Source: an uncultured Candidatus Saccharibacteria bacterium
GTDB lineage: Bacteria; Patescibacteriota; Minisyncoccia; Phycocordibacterales; WO2-35-19
Reading direction: 5' to 3'
Assembly: GCA_964589445.1 (NCBI GenBank)
Contig: CAZPQX010000001.1
Coordinates: forward strand, 110,098-174,097
DNA length: 64,000 nucleotides
Both the position numbers and the translations under genes were made by a program. The first letter of the stretch is position 1, and every line of letters begins with the position of its first letter. Below the pieces are notes generated by a model. It was not told where the DNA came from and did not search any database. It was given only the letters and a program-made list of their open reading frames with translations. This document shows positions 55,702 through 63,773 of this stretch, in pieces.

Positions 55702-56832
55702 ATGATTCATGATTCAAAAAAAATAGCATTTTTCGGTAGCTCAGAATTCAGTGTTTATGTCCTAGATGAACTCCTTTTGCATGGTATAAAACCCTCACTC
55801 ATAGTCACTACACCAGACAAACCAAAAGGTAGGAAGCTAGTGCTCACCCCCAACCCCTGCAAAGTTTGGGCAATAGAAAATGATATTGAAGTTATCGCCC
55901 CTGCTTCTCTTAAAAAAGACAACGAATCCCTGATCCAAAACCTGAAAACTAAAAACTACGACCTATTTTTGGTCGCTTCTTATGGCAAAATAATCCCCAA
56001 AGAGATTTTTGAAATCCCTACAAAACAAACTTTGAACATCCACCCTTCTATGCTCCCGAAATACAGAGGTGCCTCCCCTATCCAATCACAAATTTTAAAT
56101 AATGAAAAAGAAATCGGCGTGAGCATCATGGTCATTAGTGAGGGTATGGATGAGGGGCCGGTGATAACTCAAAAAATTCTTCCGCATCATGCAAATTTTG
56201 ATCGTTCCTCCCTGAAGGGTTCCCACACGACTCAAAATTTCCACGATGCTTCAGAATTTCTGAAGCCGCAGGGTTTTGGGGGGCTTGCGAGCTTGACTGA
56301 AGCGAGCACGAGGAATTTTTTAGCAGAAAAATATCCGTGCCCCCAAAACTCTGTGGCGGAAGAAATTTCCTCGAATCAAAATTTTGATCGTTCTTCAGGC
56401 AAACCAAATGAAAATTTTGACTCCTCCTCCCTAAAGGGTTCCCACGGAGATCAAAATTTTCATTTGGTTTGCCTTGGGAGGATAGAGCTCGAAAGGGTAT
56501 TAGCTATTGAAGGCGCTCGCCTTTTCGCCCACATACTCCCAGAATGGATGCAAGGAGCTATTGACCCCATAATGCAAAACGAAGCAGAGGCGACTTACTG
56601 CAAAAAAATAGAAAAAGAAGATGGGCTTTTGGACTTAAACGACGACCCATACAAAAATTATTTAAAAATAAAAGCCCTTGAAGGCTGGCCTGGCACTTAC
56701 TTTTTCCTAGATGGTAAAAGAGTGATAATCAAAGAAGCCACATTTGAAAATGGTGAACTCGAAATATTAAAAGTCATCCCCGAAGGCAAAAAAGAAATGC
56801 CTTACTCTGACTTCCTCCGTGGACAAAAATAA
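55702..56832 (+). CDS. fmt: Methionyl-tRNA formyltransferase carrying an in-frame insertion of about 70 aa built from palindromic repeat elements
   Basis: N-terminal formyltransferase domain (IHPSMLPKYRGASPIQSQIL) and C-terminal domain intact; 376 aa vs about 310 typical; inserted region contains NFDRSSLKGSHTTQNFH / NFDSSSLKGSHGDQNFH repeats and RNFLAEKYP. Confidence 0.85.
   Translation: MIHDSKKIAFFGSSEFSVYVLDELLLHGIKPSLIVTTPDKPKGRKLVLTPNPCKVWAIENDIEVIAPASLKKDNESLIQNLKTKNYDLFLVASYGKIIPKEIFEIPTKQTLNIHPSMLPKYRGASPIQSQILNNEKEIGVSIMVISEGMDEGPVITQKILPHHANFDRSSLKGSHTTQNFHDASEFLKPQGFGGLASLTEASTRNFLAEKYPCPQNSVAEEISSNQNFDRSSGKPNENFDSSSLKGSHGDQNFHLVCLGRIELERVLAIEGARLFAHILPEWMQGAIDPIMQNEAEATYCKKIEKEDGLLDLNDDPYKNYLKIKALEGWPGTYFFLDGKRVIIKEATFENGELEILKVIPEGKKEMPYSDFLRGQK
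56193..56460. repeat. Cluster of repeat elements inside fmt: two type-B palindromic copies (56193-56240, 56411-56460), a half copy (56377-56400) and a type-A-related core (about 56305-56340)
   Basis: gaaaattttgactcctcctccctaaagggttcccacggagatcaaaattttc matches the intergenic copy at 10051-10124; aggaattttttagcagaaaaatatccg matches the uvrB/tgt element core. Confidence 0.5.
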
Positions 56833-57019
56833 AAAGGGAGGATTGCGGAATCCCCCCATTTTGCCACATAAGCAGGCTTCCAAGGGCTACACGTGGCCAC
56901 CTTACCCAGAGAAGGTCTGTCCTGAACAGACCTAAACAGACTAACAAATCTGGAATAAAAAAACAAGTATAAAAAATGATTTTGGAAATAATATACCAAA
57001 GGTGTTTGCGCCAAATATG

Positions 57020-57385
57020 TTATTTCTCTCCCCTCAGCATCCTCTTGATCATCGCGCTGCCTTTTCTAAATAGATGCAAGACTTTCTTTTTGTTGGTAGA
57101 AAGCTTGCGCGCGATTTCGTCTTTCACTTCGTCTATCGATGCATACAAATCTTCGGTCTCGGCTACTGCATAATGGTCGTTGCCGTTTTCCATCACATGA
57201 AATTCTGCCTTGAAAAATTCGCCTGACTTGTGATGTTTGGTGGTCTTGCCCACTTCGACATTTACAAGCACTTCGTCTGTATTTTTAAGAAACTTCTCGA
57301 GCATGGCTACTTTCTTTTCTACATATTCGGAGATAGCAGGAGTAAGACTAATATTTGTACCTTTTGTGTTTATATTTATTTTCAT
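57020..57385 (-). CDS. hpf: Ribosome hibernation promoting factor / RaiA family (short form); true start MKININTKG
   Basis: MKININTKGTNISLTPAISEYVEKKVAMLEKF... RaiA fold; the upstream 53 aa of the ORF-track model are unlikely. Confidence 0.75.
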   Translation of the reverse strand: MKININTKGTNISLTPAISEYVEKKVAMLEKFLKNTDEVLVNVEVGKTTKHHKSGEFFKAEFHVMENGNDHYAVAETEDLYASIDEVKDEIARKLSTNKKKVLHLFRKGSAMIKRMLRGEK

Positions 57386-57463
57386 ACCCATATTATACAC
57401 CCGAGGCAAACTAATTTGAATACAAGCCGGTTCACATAAACACTCTGAACCCTTTCTCAAAAT

Positions 57464-57481
57464 GTAGCGATGCATCGCTAC
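57464..57481. promoter_or_regulatory. Perfect 18-bp palindrome GTAGCGATGCATCGCTAC about 80 nt upstream of hpf (candidate operator)
   Basis: Exact dyad symmetry, intergenic, between hpf and the small GC-rich gene. Confidence 0.3.
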
Positions 57482-57519
57482 AAAAAGATAAAATAGATAA
57501 ACAAAAGCTCGGCCACTCC

Positions 57520-57702
57520 CTAAGGAGCGCCGAGCCACTGGCATAAATCGTGCCAGATGTAGTCTGTTCCGGGGGATACGGCTAGCGCCAATAGCCCCCC
57601 GAAAATGAAAACGAACAACCCTTCCCGCCGCCCTGACATGGCCAGGGCAAACGAGGTGGCGGAAGACACAAAAAGTGCGGACCTAAGGAGAATCATCTCC
57701 AT
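57520..57702 (-). CDS. Small GC-rich membrane protein (60 aa)
   Basis: Strong RBS GGAGGTGAACC-ATG; two hydrophobic segments; GC-rich hairpin terminator downstream (gctcggc...gccgagc). Confidence 0.35.
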   Translation of the reverse strand: MEMILLRSALFVSSATSFALAMSGRREGLFVFIFGGLLALAVSPGTDYIWHDLCQWLGAP

Positions 57703-57784
57703 GGTTCACCTCCACTAATATATTATATCACAAAGTAGGAAAAAAGCAAGGATTTTTGGATTTAGGCAGATGGCCTAAAAACCT

Positions 57785-58669
57785 TTAATTATCAAATATT
57801 TTTAGGAGATATGGGTCTATTTGCGACTGCTTCAAATCATAAAACCTCTCCTTCTCTTCGTGGAGTCTGAAAGCAAGCGCTTTACCCACAAACCTCCAAT
57901 GCCATGGCTCATACTGGTAGTACTCATTGCCGTCTGGGTATGAAAGTATAAAGCCGTACCTGTAAGCATTGTCGATGAGCCACTTATAACCCTCTGTAGT
58001 GTCAAAAGCGTTGAAGTTGCTACCTGTCTTTGAAGTAGTGAAGTCTAGCGTGGTACCGAGTTGATGCTCTGAGTACCCTTGGTCGGCAGAAAATTTATTG
58101 GCACCACTACCATAAGTGACGCTGTACTGATTTTTGAGAGAAGTTTGCTCAGCAAAAGACCTGTAAGCAGAGATTATTTTTAGATCTACACCAGCATTCA
58201 TGGCGTCTTTTATCATTGTTTCCAAAAATGGATATGCCTTGGAGTGAAAATAAAAATTCCTTGATGGCTCATGCAAAAAATCTTTATTTATTTCTGCTAA
58301 AGATTCTGGTACATAGTGCTCGTTTAAAAAGTAAACTTTAGAATACTTTTGCAAAAGCTCTTTGTCAGTTTTGGACAGCTTGTCCAAATTGCCTACTGTA
58401 CTTGCTATCTCTTGTATTTGGCCACTGAAAAGCGAGTTTTTATACTTCTCTGCTTCTAGCTCATTTGCAAGCTGACTATTCTCCCCTTCTAGCTCGATCA
58501 TTGCTAGCTTTTCCTTTTCGAGCTCAGAGCTCAAGAGACTAGCCTTGCTTGTCGAAGTAAAATAGAAATATCCAAAAATTATAGCGAGAGCCATAAATAC
58601 AAGAGAAATCACTACCCAGATTTTAGTTTTAGCAAAAACACTATTACTCATTTGTTTTATCAAGTTCAT
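57785..58669 (-). CDS. Peptidase M15B (VanY / D-Ala-D-Ala carboxypeptidase-like) with N-terminal TM and coiled coil
   Basis: ...ISAYRSFAEQ...SEHQLGTTLDF...WHW... matches the VanY/M15 signature. Confidence 0.7.
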   Translation of the reverse strand: MNLIKQMSNSVFAKTKIWVVISLVFMALAIIFGYFYFTSTSKASLLSSELEKEKLAMIELEGENSQLANELEAEKYKNSLFSGQIQEIASTVGNLDKLSKTDKELLQKYSKVYFLNEHYVPESLAEINKDFLHEPSRNFYFHSKAYPFLETMIKDAMNAGVDLKIISAYRSFAEQTSLKNQYSVTYGSGANKFSADQGYSEHQLGTTLDFTTSKTGSNFNAFDTTEGYKWLIDNAYRYGFILSYPDGNEYYQYEPWHWRFVGKALAFRLHEEKERFYDLKQSQIDPYLLKIFDN

Positions 58670-58883
58670 TGCCGATATCTTCTACAAAAGTGCCTGCCGG
58701 AGAAGTGCACTGTCTCGGATAACTCTCCATTATGGGGAAACCTGCAAGCATACATTCTTCAAAGTTTGAGACAACTACAGAAAATTCCTCCCCATCATTT
58801 CTAAAGGCAAAATAATACATAGTGTAAATAACACCAAGTATCAAAAGTGATACAAATAATTTTTTCATAAAACTACTAAACAT
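58644..58883 (-). CDS. Small membrane protein, hypothetical
   Basis: N-terminal TM helix; overlaps the M15 gene start by 26 nt. Confidence 0.3.
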   Translation of the reverse strand: MFSSFMKKLFVSLLILGVIYTMYYFAFRNDGEEFSVVVSNFEECMLAGFPIMESYPRQCTSPAGTFVEDIGNELDKTNE

Positions 58884-58914
58884 TTTTTAGAATGATATCA
58901 CGTTGCTCAATTAT

Positions 58915-61900
58915 TTATCTACTCTTTTGCAATTTTAGGAGCAGCTCTTGAACCTGACTTTGCAAAACCTTTATTTGATCTTGCAGCATCTGGTTGCTCT
59001 GACCCACACTAGACTGAAGAGTATTGCAGCTAGTACCAAGCATTGAATTTATTTTTAACCGAGTAACAGGTCCTGCCATACCATAACCAGTAGTACGATA
59101 ATCCCCTGAAGAAACTATATTGTTATCTCTTTGAAATCTTTTTACTGACTCTATAGTTACAGGGCCAAAAAAACCGGTCACATTGTCTGCTGTTGTATAG
59201 CCCTTCTGTACCAGAAAGTTTTGAAGGGTCTTAACATCTTCTCCTTCAGATCTAAAAGCCAGGTTTCGACTCAAGGCAGAAGAAGAAGGTGTGCATGTCA
59301 CGGTAGGACTAACAGTATCGGGAGCAGAGGAAACAGATAAATTTCTTCGACCTGAAGAAGTACTACCGCCCCCACCACCACCCGAAGAAACTGGTGCTGG
59401 ATCGGAAGCGTGAGATTCACTATCAACCAGAAACTCAACAAACAAAGGATCAGAATAAACGCCCAAATCATCTACCACAAAAAGAGAATAATAATATGTA
59501 TTTGGTGTCACATTTGTATCTCTAAAACTTGTAGAAGTACAATCAATGGTTGCAATGCGTTTTGATTCGTCAGGAGTTGAGACATAACCAGTAGTTGATC
59601 TGTATATTTTTATGTTCTGACAAAGATCATAATCGATACTTCCCCACTCGAGTATAACAGAGCCCTTCCTAGCATTTATAAACTGTATCTTTGGAGGCTT
59701 GACCAACCTATCTTTGGTCTTAAAGTTCTTTAGTTCAGAAACTAATTTATTTTGTGAAGCATCTGTCGCAGTAATTTTGTAATAGTAAGTAGTACCTGGC
59801 TCCAAATCTCTTATCAATAGACTGTGATTTTTTTTCATATCTGAAGTGGATATGCTTGTACCAAGAGAAGTAGTCTCCCCATATTCTATCTTAATTGCCG
59901 AATTTTCATTTGTAGTAAAGCCGACCAAAGCAGAGACCCAACCCAGATCAGAAACATCTATTGAGGATATATTCGGTGGAGTGGTGTCTTGTGCTGGCTC
60001 TGATGGTATAGAAGGTGATGGAAGTATTGGTATTTGGCTAGCACTAGTTTTAACTCCCGCAATAGCATTGTTCAAAATATCCATATTTACACCTATGTCT
60101 GCACCATCTGTACCTGCATTTTTATATACAGAACTGCTATTTAATTTGAAATTACCACTAGATAAATCTGTAAACCCCACGCCCACCAATGATGACACCA
60201 ATGTCCCACTTGGATACATCCTCAGCAAGTTATCGTTTGATATATTTACGTCTGCATACCTAGAAGATGTATTGATTAAAAGATTTTTAGCATAAGAATA
60301 ATTAGGGAAATATGTATCCAAATACCCCTTACCCTCCATTACATTTCCAAAACCATAAGCTGACCTTTCAAATATATTGTTGGTTAAAACAATGTTCGGA
60401 TTTCTAACGTTGTCTTCGTAGTTTGTAAAGAAAGTGTTGTAGGTACTAAATATAGTGTTGTGGTTGAACTCAACATCAGACGTGCCATTATATATTTGTA
60501 CGCCTCGACTGAGCTCGTTAGTCCATGAAGGATCATTGTAAAACAAGTTATTCTGCACCTTTACTCTTTTTGTAACTGGGGTTAACTTGGTCCAATCATT
60601 GTAACTTTCACTACCTTGAAACATGATCCCAACTTCGACATTTTTTATAATGTTATTGGTTATTGTCATATCTTGTGCAAAACAAAACGGACATGTTCCG
60701 TCCTGATTGGATGATTTTATAAGCAAACCATAACCAATCTGAGCACTCATCCAACTATTTTCAAAGATGTTACTATCGAGCAAAACGCGTTGCATAGATT
60801 TTGTTTCAAACAAATTTTTTATCGCATAATTTTTACCCGCGAATGTAGAATGTTTTGGATTCCAATATGCTGGCTTAATAAAATAATTTTTTCTGATTTC
60901 GAAATCCGAAGGTATCACTCCGAAATACGCTTTACTATTTGCATCAGGCACATTTGCAATAGGATCAAAAGTTATATTGTTTCCGCTTATAGACCTTACG
61001 GTTGTCCAATTTGCTTCTCCAGTCTTACCACCCACCGTAAACATAATACCCTGCCCCACACCCAAACCCTGGACTGAAGACAAAGTAGCAGAGCTAGTAG
61101 TCTGACCTGTAACAGTAGGCGAATAGCTAATAGAAGGGTCTGCCCCTCCAAACATAATATTTTCACCAGATGCTTCTAAATAATTATTTACGAATTTAAA
61201 AGGTCCAGCCGCATTCCAACCCATTATGGTTTGGGTATCTTGCCAAGTACTTTGGATCTGTGATATATGCGAATCTATGACAGCACAGTTGTTACAGTTC
61301 ATCCTAATACCTCTTTTAGTTTCGCTTGCTATATCTCCATGGATATATACGCGATCAAAAATAATATTTCTTGGCTGCTCTTGAGGGTCAGTGTCTATAC
61401 CATTGCGTAATTTTGATTGCCACCAATCCCCCAAAACAACAAGTTCACTAACAAAAGAATCAGGAAATTGTTGAGTGATTTCGAGACCTATAAGTCTATA
61501 ATTACTCGCAGCCGTTTTTGTCTGAATTACTGCTGCATTTGACCCGGGACTTACCAACTTTGCCATTTTTGAAGCATCACTCGGAGACACACGAGTACCT
61601 GGAGCCACAAAATTTGAACCTAGATTTGCAGTTCTTATTGTGACCCAACCACTGCCGGTGGTTTTTTTAGGTAAGTAAAAAGGCCCCACAAAAGTAGCCC
61701 CAGCCTGCACACAAACAGTATCGCCAAGTTTTGCTGAATCTATAGCTGCCTGCAAATCACCACCACTAGCCACATTTATAGTACAAGTATCAGATGTTGA
61801 AGGTAGTGTCGTGTCTACATAAGCCCTTGGTAGCTCTGGAGTTGATGCTCCTAAAACTTGTCCATTTATATTAGGGACCTGAGCAACTTGAGTTTTGGGC

Positions 61901-61980
61901 AATACACCCAAATTAGTACCAAGCAACATGCTGAGTGCAGCGAGAGCAGAAGCCAATTTAGACATTAATTCTATTTGCAT
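58915..61980 (-). CDS. Large secreted/surface protein (1021 aa): signal peptide, right-handed parallel beta-helix repeats, Gly-rich linker, putative peptidoglycan-binding domain and C-terminal coiled coil
   Basis: N-terminal hydrophobic signal; many N/G/T-rich PbH1-like repeats; GGGGGGSTSSG linker; LQNFLVQKGYT...GFFGPVTIESVKRFQRDNNI resembles PG_binding_1. Confidence 0.55.
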   Translation of the reverse strand: MQIELMSKLASALAALSMLLGTNLGVLPKTQVAQVPNINGQVLGASTPELPRAYVDTTLPSTSDTCTINVASGGDLQAAIDSAKLGDTVCVQAGATFVGPFYLPKKTTGSGWVTIRTANLGSNFVAPGTRVSPSDASKMAKLVSPGSNAAVIQTKTAASNYRLIGLEITQQFPDSFVSELVVLGDWWQSKLRNGIDTDPQEQPRNIIFDRVYIHGDIASETKRGIRMNCNNCAVIDSHISQIQSTWQDTQTIMGWNAAGPFKFVNNYLEASGENIMFGGADPSISYSPTVTGQTTSSATLSSVQGLGVGQGIMFTVGGKTGEANWTTVRSISGNNITFDPIANVPDANSKAYFGVIPSDFEIRKNYFIKPAYWNPKHSTFAGKNYAIKNLFETKSMQRVLLDSNIFENSWMSAQIGYGLLIKSSNQDGTCPFCFAQDMTITNNIIKNVEVGIMFQGSESYNDWTKLTPVTKRVKVQNNLFYNDPSWTNELSRGVQIYNGTSDVEFNHNTIFSTYNTFFTNYEDNVRNPNIVLTNNIFERSAYGFGNVMEGKGYLDTYFPNYSYAKNLLINTSSRYADVNISNDNLLRMYPSGTLVSSLVGVGFTDLSSGNFKLNSSSVYKNAGTDGADIGVNMDILNNAIAGVKTSASQIPILPSPSIPSEPAQDTTPPNISSIDVSDLGWVSALVGFTTNENSAIKIEYGETTSLGTSISTSDMKKNHSLLIRDLEPGTTYYYKITATDASQNKLVSELKNFKTKDRLVKPPKIQFINARKGSVILEWGSIDYDLCQNIKIYRSTTGYVSTPDESKRIATIDCTSTSFRDTNVTPNTYYYSLFVVDDLGVYSDPLFVEFLVDSESHASDPAPVSSGGGGGGSTSSGRRNLSVSSAPDTVSPTVTCTPSSSALSRNLAFRSEGEDVKTLQNFLVQKGYTTADNVTGFFGPVTIESVKRFQRDNNIVSSGDYRTTGYGMAGPVTRLKINSMLGTSCNTLQSSVGQSNQMLQDQIKVLQSQVQELLLKLQKSR

Positions 61981-62227
61981 AACATTTTATAAATATTTAA
62001 TGTATTTAAGTATAGACTAAACACAATAACACTCAACTCTGAATTAGCCTTATCTCTTCATCTTTTCTTCATGATTGCTTTTACCACCCAAATCCCCCAT
62101 TTGGCAATTTAAGACTATTTTGTTAATATGATTTTGTTCTTTAAAAGAGAATATTTTGTCTTAAAGTTTTTTACAAAACTTTAGTGACACATTCCGCGGT
62201 AGCTCAGCTGGTAGAGCGGCGAGCTGT

Positions 62228-62822
62228 GGATAGGTTTACACTCAAGGCTGGTATACTTATGTATATATGCCAGAGAAGAGAACCTATGCTGATCGTGCTG
62301 AATATTTGCGAGAAGCCGTCAAAAAAAGAAGGAAAAAACTTCGAGAAATGGCTCGCGAATATGGTGGAGGTAAGTGTGCAATATGTGGTTATAAAAAATC
62401 ACCAAGAGCACTAGCCTTTCATCATCTCAACCCACAAGAAAAAGATTTTGGACTTTCCGTTAAAGGATTGACCAGATCCTGGGAAAAGATGAGGAAAGAA
62501 ATAGATAAATGTATCTTGCTTTGCGCAAACTGCCACGCAGAAGTGCACGATGGTATTACGCAGCTTCCCGAGGTAACTCGGGTTGAAAAACGAGGTGAAT
62601 TCGGGGAAGCCCTTCGTGGGTAATCCCGAGCCAAGACCAGCACTAATTTTGGTTTTTAATTTTTATAAATCAAAATTAGTGCTGGTAAGGTGTAGAGACT
62701 ATCCGTAATTGGAGTACTTTTCGGACTAAAAGTCCGGATGGGAAGCGCCTCGCCACTTATATCTCACAGAGATTTTAAGTGGATGATATAGTCCATCCCT
62801 CTTAGAAATTTGAGGATAAATG
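62228..62822 (+). mobile_element. Group I intron (about 595 nt) within the tRNA anticodon loop
   Basis: Catalytic-core hallmarks near the 3' end: R-like tttcggactaaaagtccgg and S-like gatgatatagtcc (P7 pairing gacta/tagtc); intron ends with G before exon 2; encodes an HNH ORF. Confidence 0.6.
62267..62623 (+). CDS. HNH homing endonuclease encoded within the group I intron
   Basis: GGGKCAICGYKK...LAFHHLNPQEKDFG...LLCANCHAEVHDG (Cys pairs, HH and N...CANCH HNH motif). Confidence 0.75.
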   Translation: MPEKRTYADRAEYLREAVKKRRKKLREMAREYGGGKCAICGYKKSPRALAFHHLNPQEKDFGLSVKGLTRSWEKMRKEIDKCILLCANCHAEVHDGITQLPEVTRVEKRGEFGEALRG

Positions 62823-63002
62823 TAACTCGTTGGTCGTAGGTTCGAATCCTACCCGCGGAGCAACAAACACGAAGTCCTGATGCGTAGCATTAGGGCTTTT
62901 GTGTTTGTATCTGCCTGTAGGATTCGAACCGAAGGTGCCTGTTTTTAAGGAATAAGATGACTATAAAAACAGAGCATCTCGACCGGAAGAATGGAGGGAG
63001 AG

Positions 63003-63022
63003 GCGAATCCTACCCGCGGAGC
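63003..63022 (+). repeat. Direct repeat of the tRNA 3' end (T-loop half + acceptor + CCA), 160 bp downstream of the tRNA
   Basis: gaatcctacccgcggagcca vs tRNA 62843-62861 gaatcctacccgcggagca; an inverted partial copy (gtaggattcgaacc) lies at 62917-62930. Confidence 0.5.
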
Positions 63023-63094
63023 CATCAAAATGACCTTGTTCTGCAGGGTCATTTTGTTTGACCCAGATAGGGTTCAGAACCAATTTTTGTTATA

Positions 63095-63547
63095 ATGTTT
63101 TTTATGAAGCAAATACACTTAAAAGGTTCTTGGATAATTAAGGCACCTAAAGAAGAAATCTATAAGATAGTTTCTGACTTTGAAAATATGCCAAAACATT
63201 TTCCAACTATTGCGGAGTCAGTACGCATTACTGAAAAGCAAGGAAATCATCAGAAAATGGAGGCACGGGTAAAATCTTTTGGAAAAGTGTTTGATGTGCA
63301 GATGAATACCGAGCTTGTGCCTAATATAGGATTTAAGTCTACTAACTCTTCATCGTTTGGTACTTCTGGTTATGAGGAGCTATTGATGGAAGACGTTGAT
63401 GGTGGTACAAAAATTAACTACACATACGAAGTTGAAATCCATAAACCATTGTTAAGATTAATAGCAACGCCTTTGATAAAGTGGTTTGCAATGTGGTCTT
63501 GGAAACGTGCTTTTATTGATGTGCTACGAAAAATCGTAGAGAAATAG
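63095..63547 (+). CDS. SRPBCC-superfamily (START/polyketide cyclase-like) protein
   Basis: 150 aa; pattern ...WIIKAPKEEIYKIVSDFENMPKHFP... typical of Polyketide_cyc2/SRPBCC ligand-binding folds. Confidence 0.55.
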   Translation: MFFMKQIHLKGSWIIKAPKEEIYKIVSDFENMPKHFPTIAESVRITEKQGNHQKMEARVKSFGKVFDVQMNTELVPNIGFKSTNSSSFGTSGYEELLMEDVDGGTKINYTYEVEIHKPLLRLIATPLIKWFAMWSWKRAFIDVLRKIVEK

Positions 63548-63773
63548 TTTGTTTATAAGTTCTGAAGTGGAACCACTGGAAACAGTTCAAAAATCTTAGA
63601 AAAATCCAAATCTCTTTTAATAGTAGTCCAATTGAGAGTTCTGAAATCGTCCAACAGAGGGAGCAACAAAAAGAAAGCACTCTAGCTGAGTGTTTTTCTT
63701 TTTTATACACCTACACTTGGAGCCATTACATACCCTTGACAATATAATGTTTGAGTTATAATTTTTTTTCAGA

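Larger units (their letters stand above)
62193..62860 (+). tRNA. tRNA (probably Asn, anticodon GUU) interrupted in the anticodon loop by a group I intron; exons 62193-62227 and 62823-62860
   Basis: Acceptor tccgcgg/ccgcgga, D arm gctc-agctggta-gagc, anticodon stem gcgag/ctcgt, loop reconstituted as CUGU|UAA, V loop tggtc, T arm gtagg-ttcgaat-cctac, discriminator G73, no encoded CCA. Confidence 0.65.

Noticed and set aside
57386-57544. N-terminal 53-aa extension of the hpf ORF
   Set aside because: HPF/RaiA proteins start MKI.I; the extension (Cys/Leu-rich) runs through the promoter/palindrome region.
62910-62935. A minus-strand tRNA suggested by ggttcgaatcctac (T-arm-like) on the minus strand
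   Set aside because: No complementary T-stem 5' strand, D arm or acceptor stem could be built around it; interpreted as an inverted partial copy of the adjacent tRNA 3' end.
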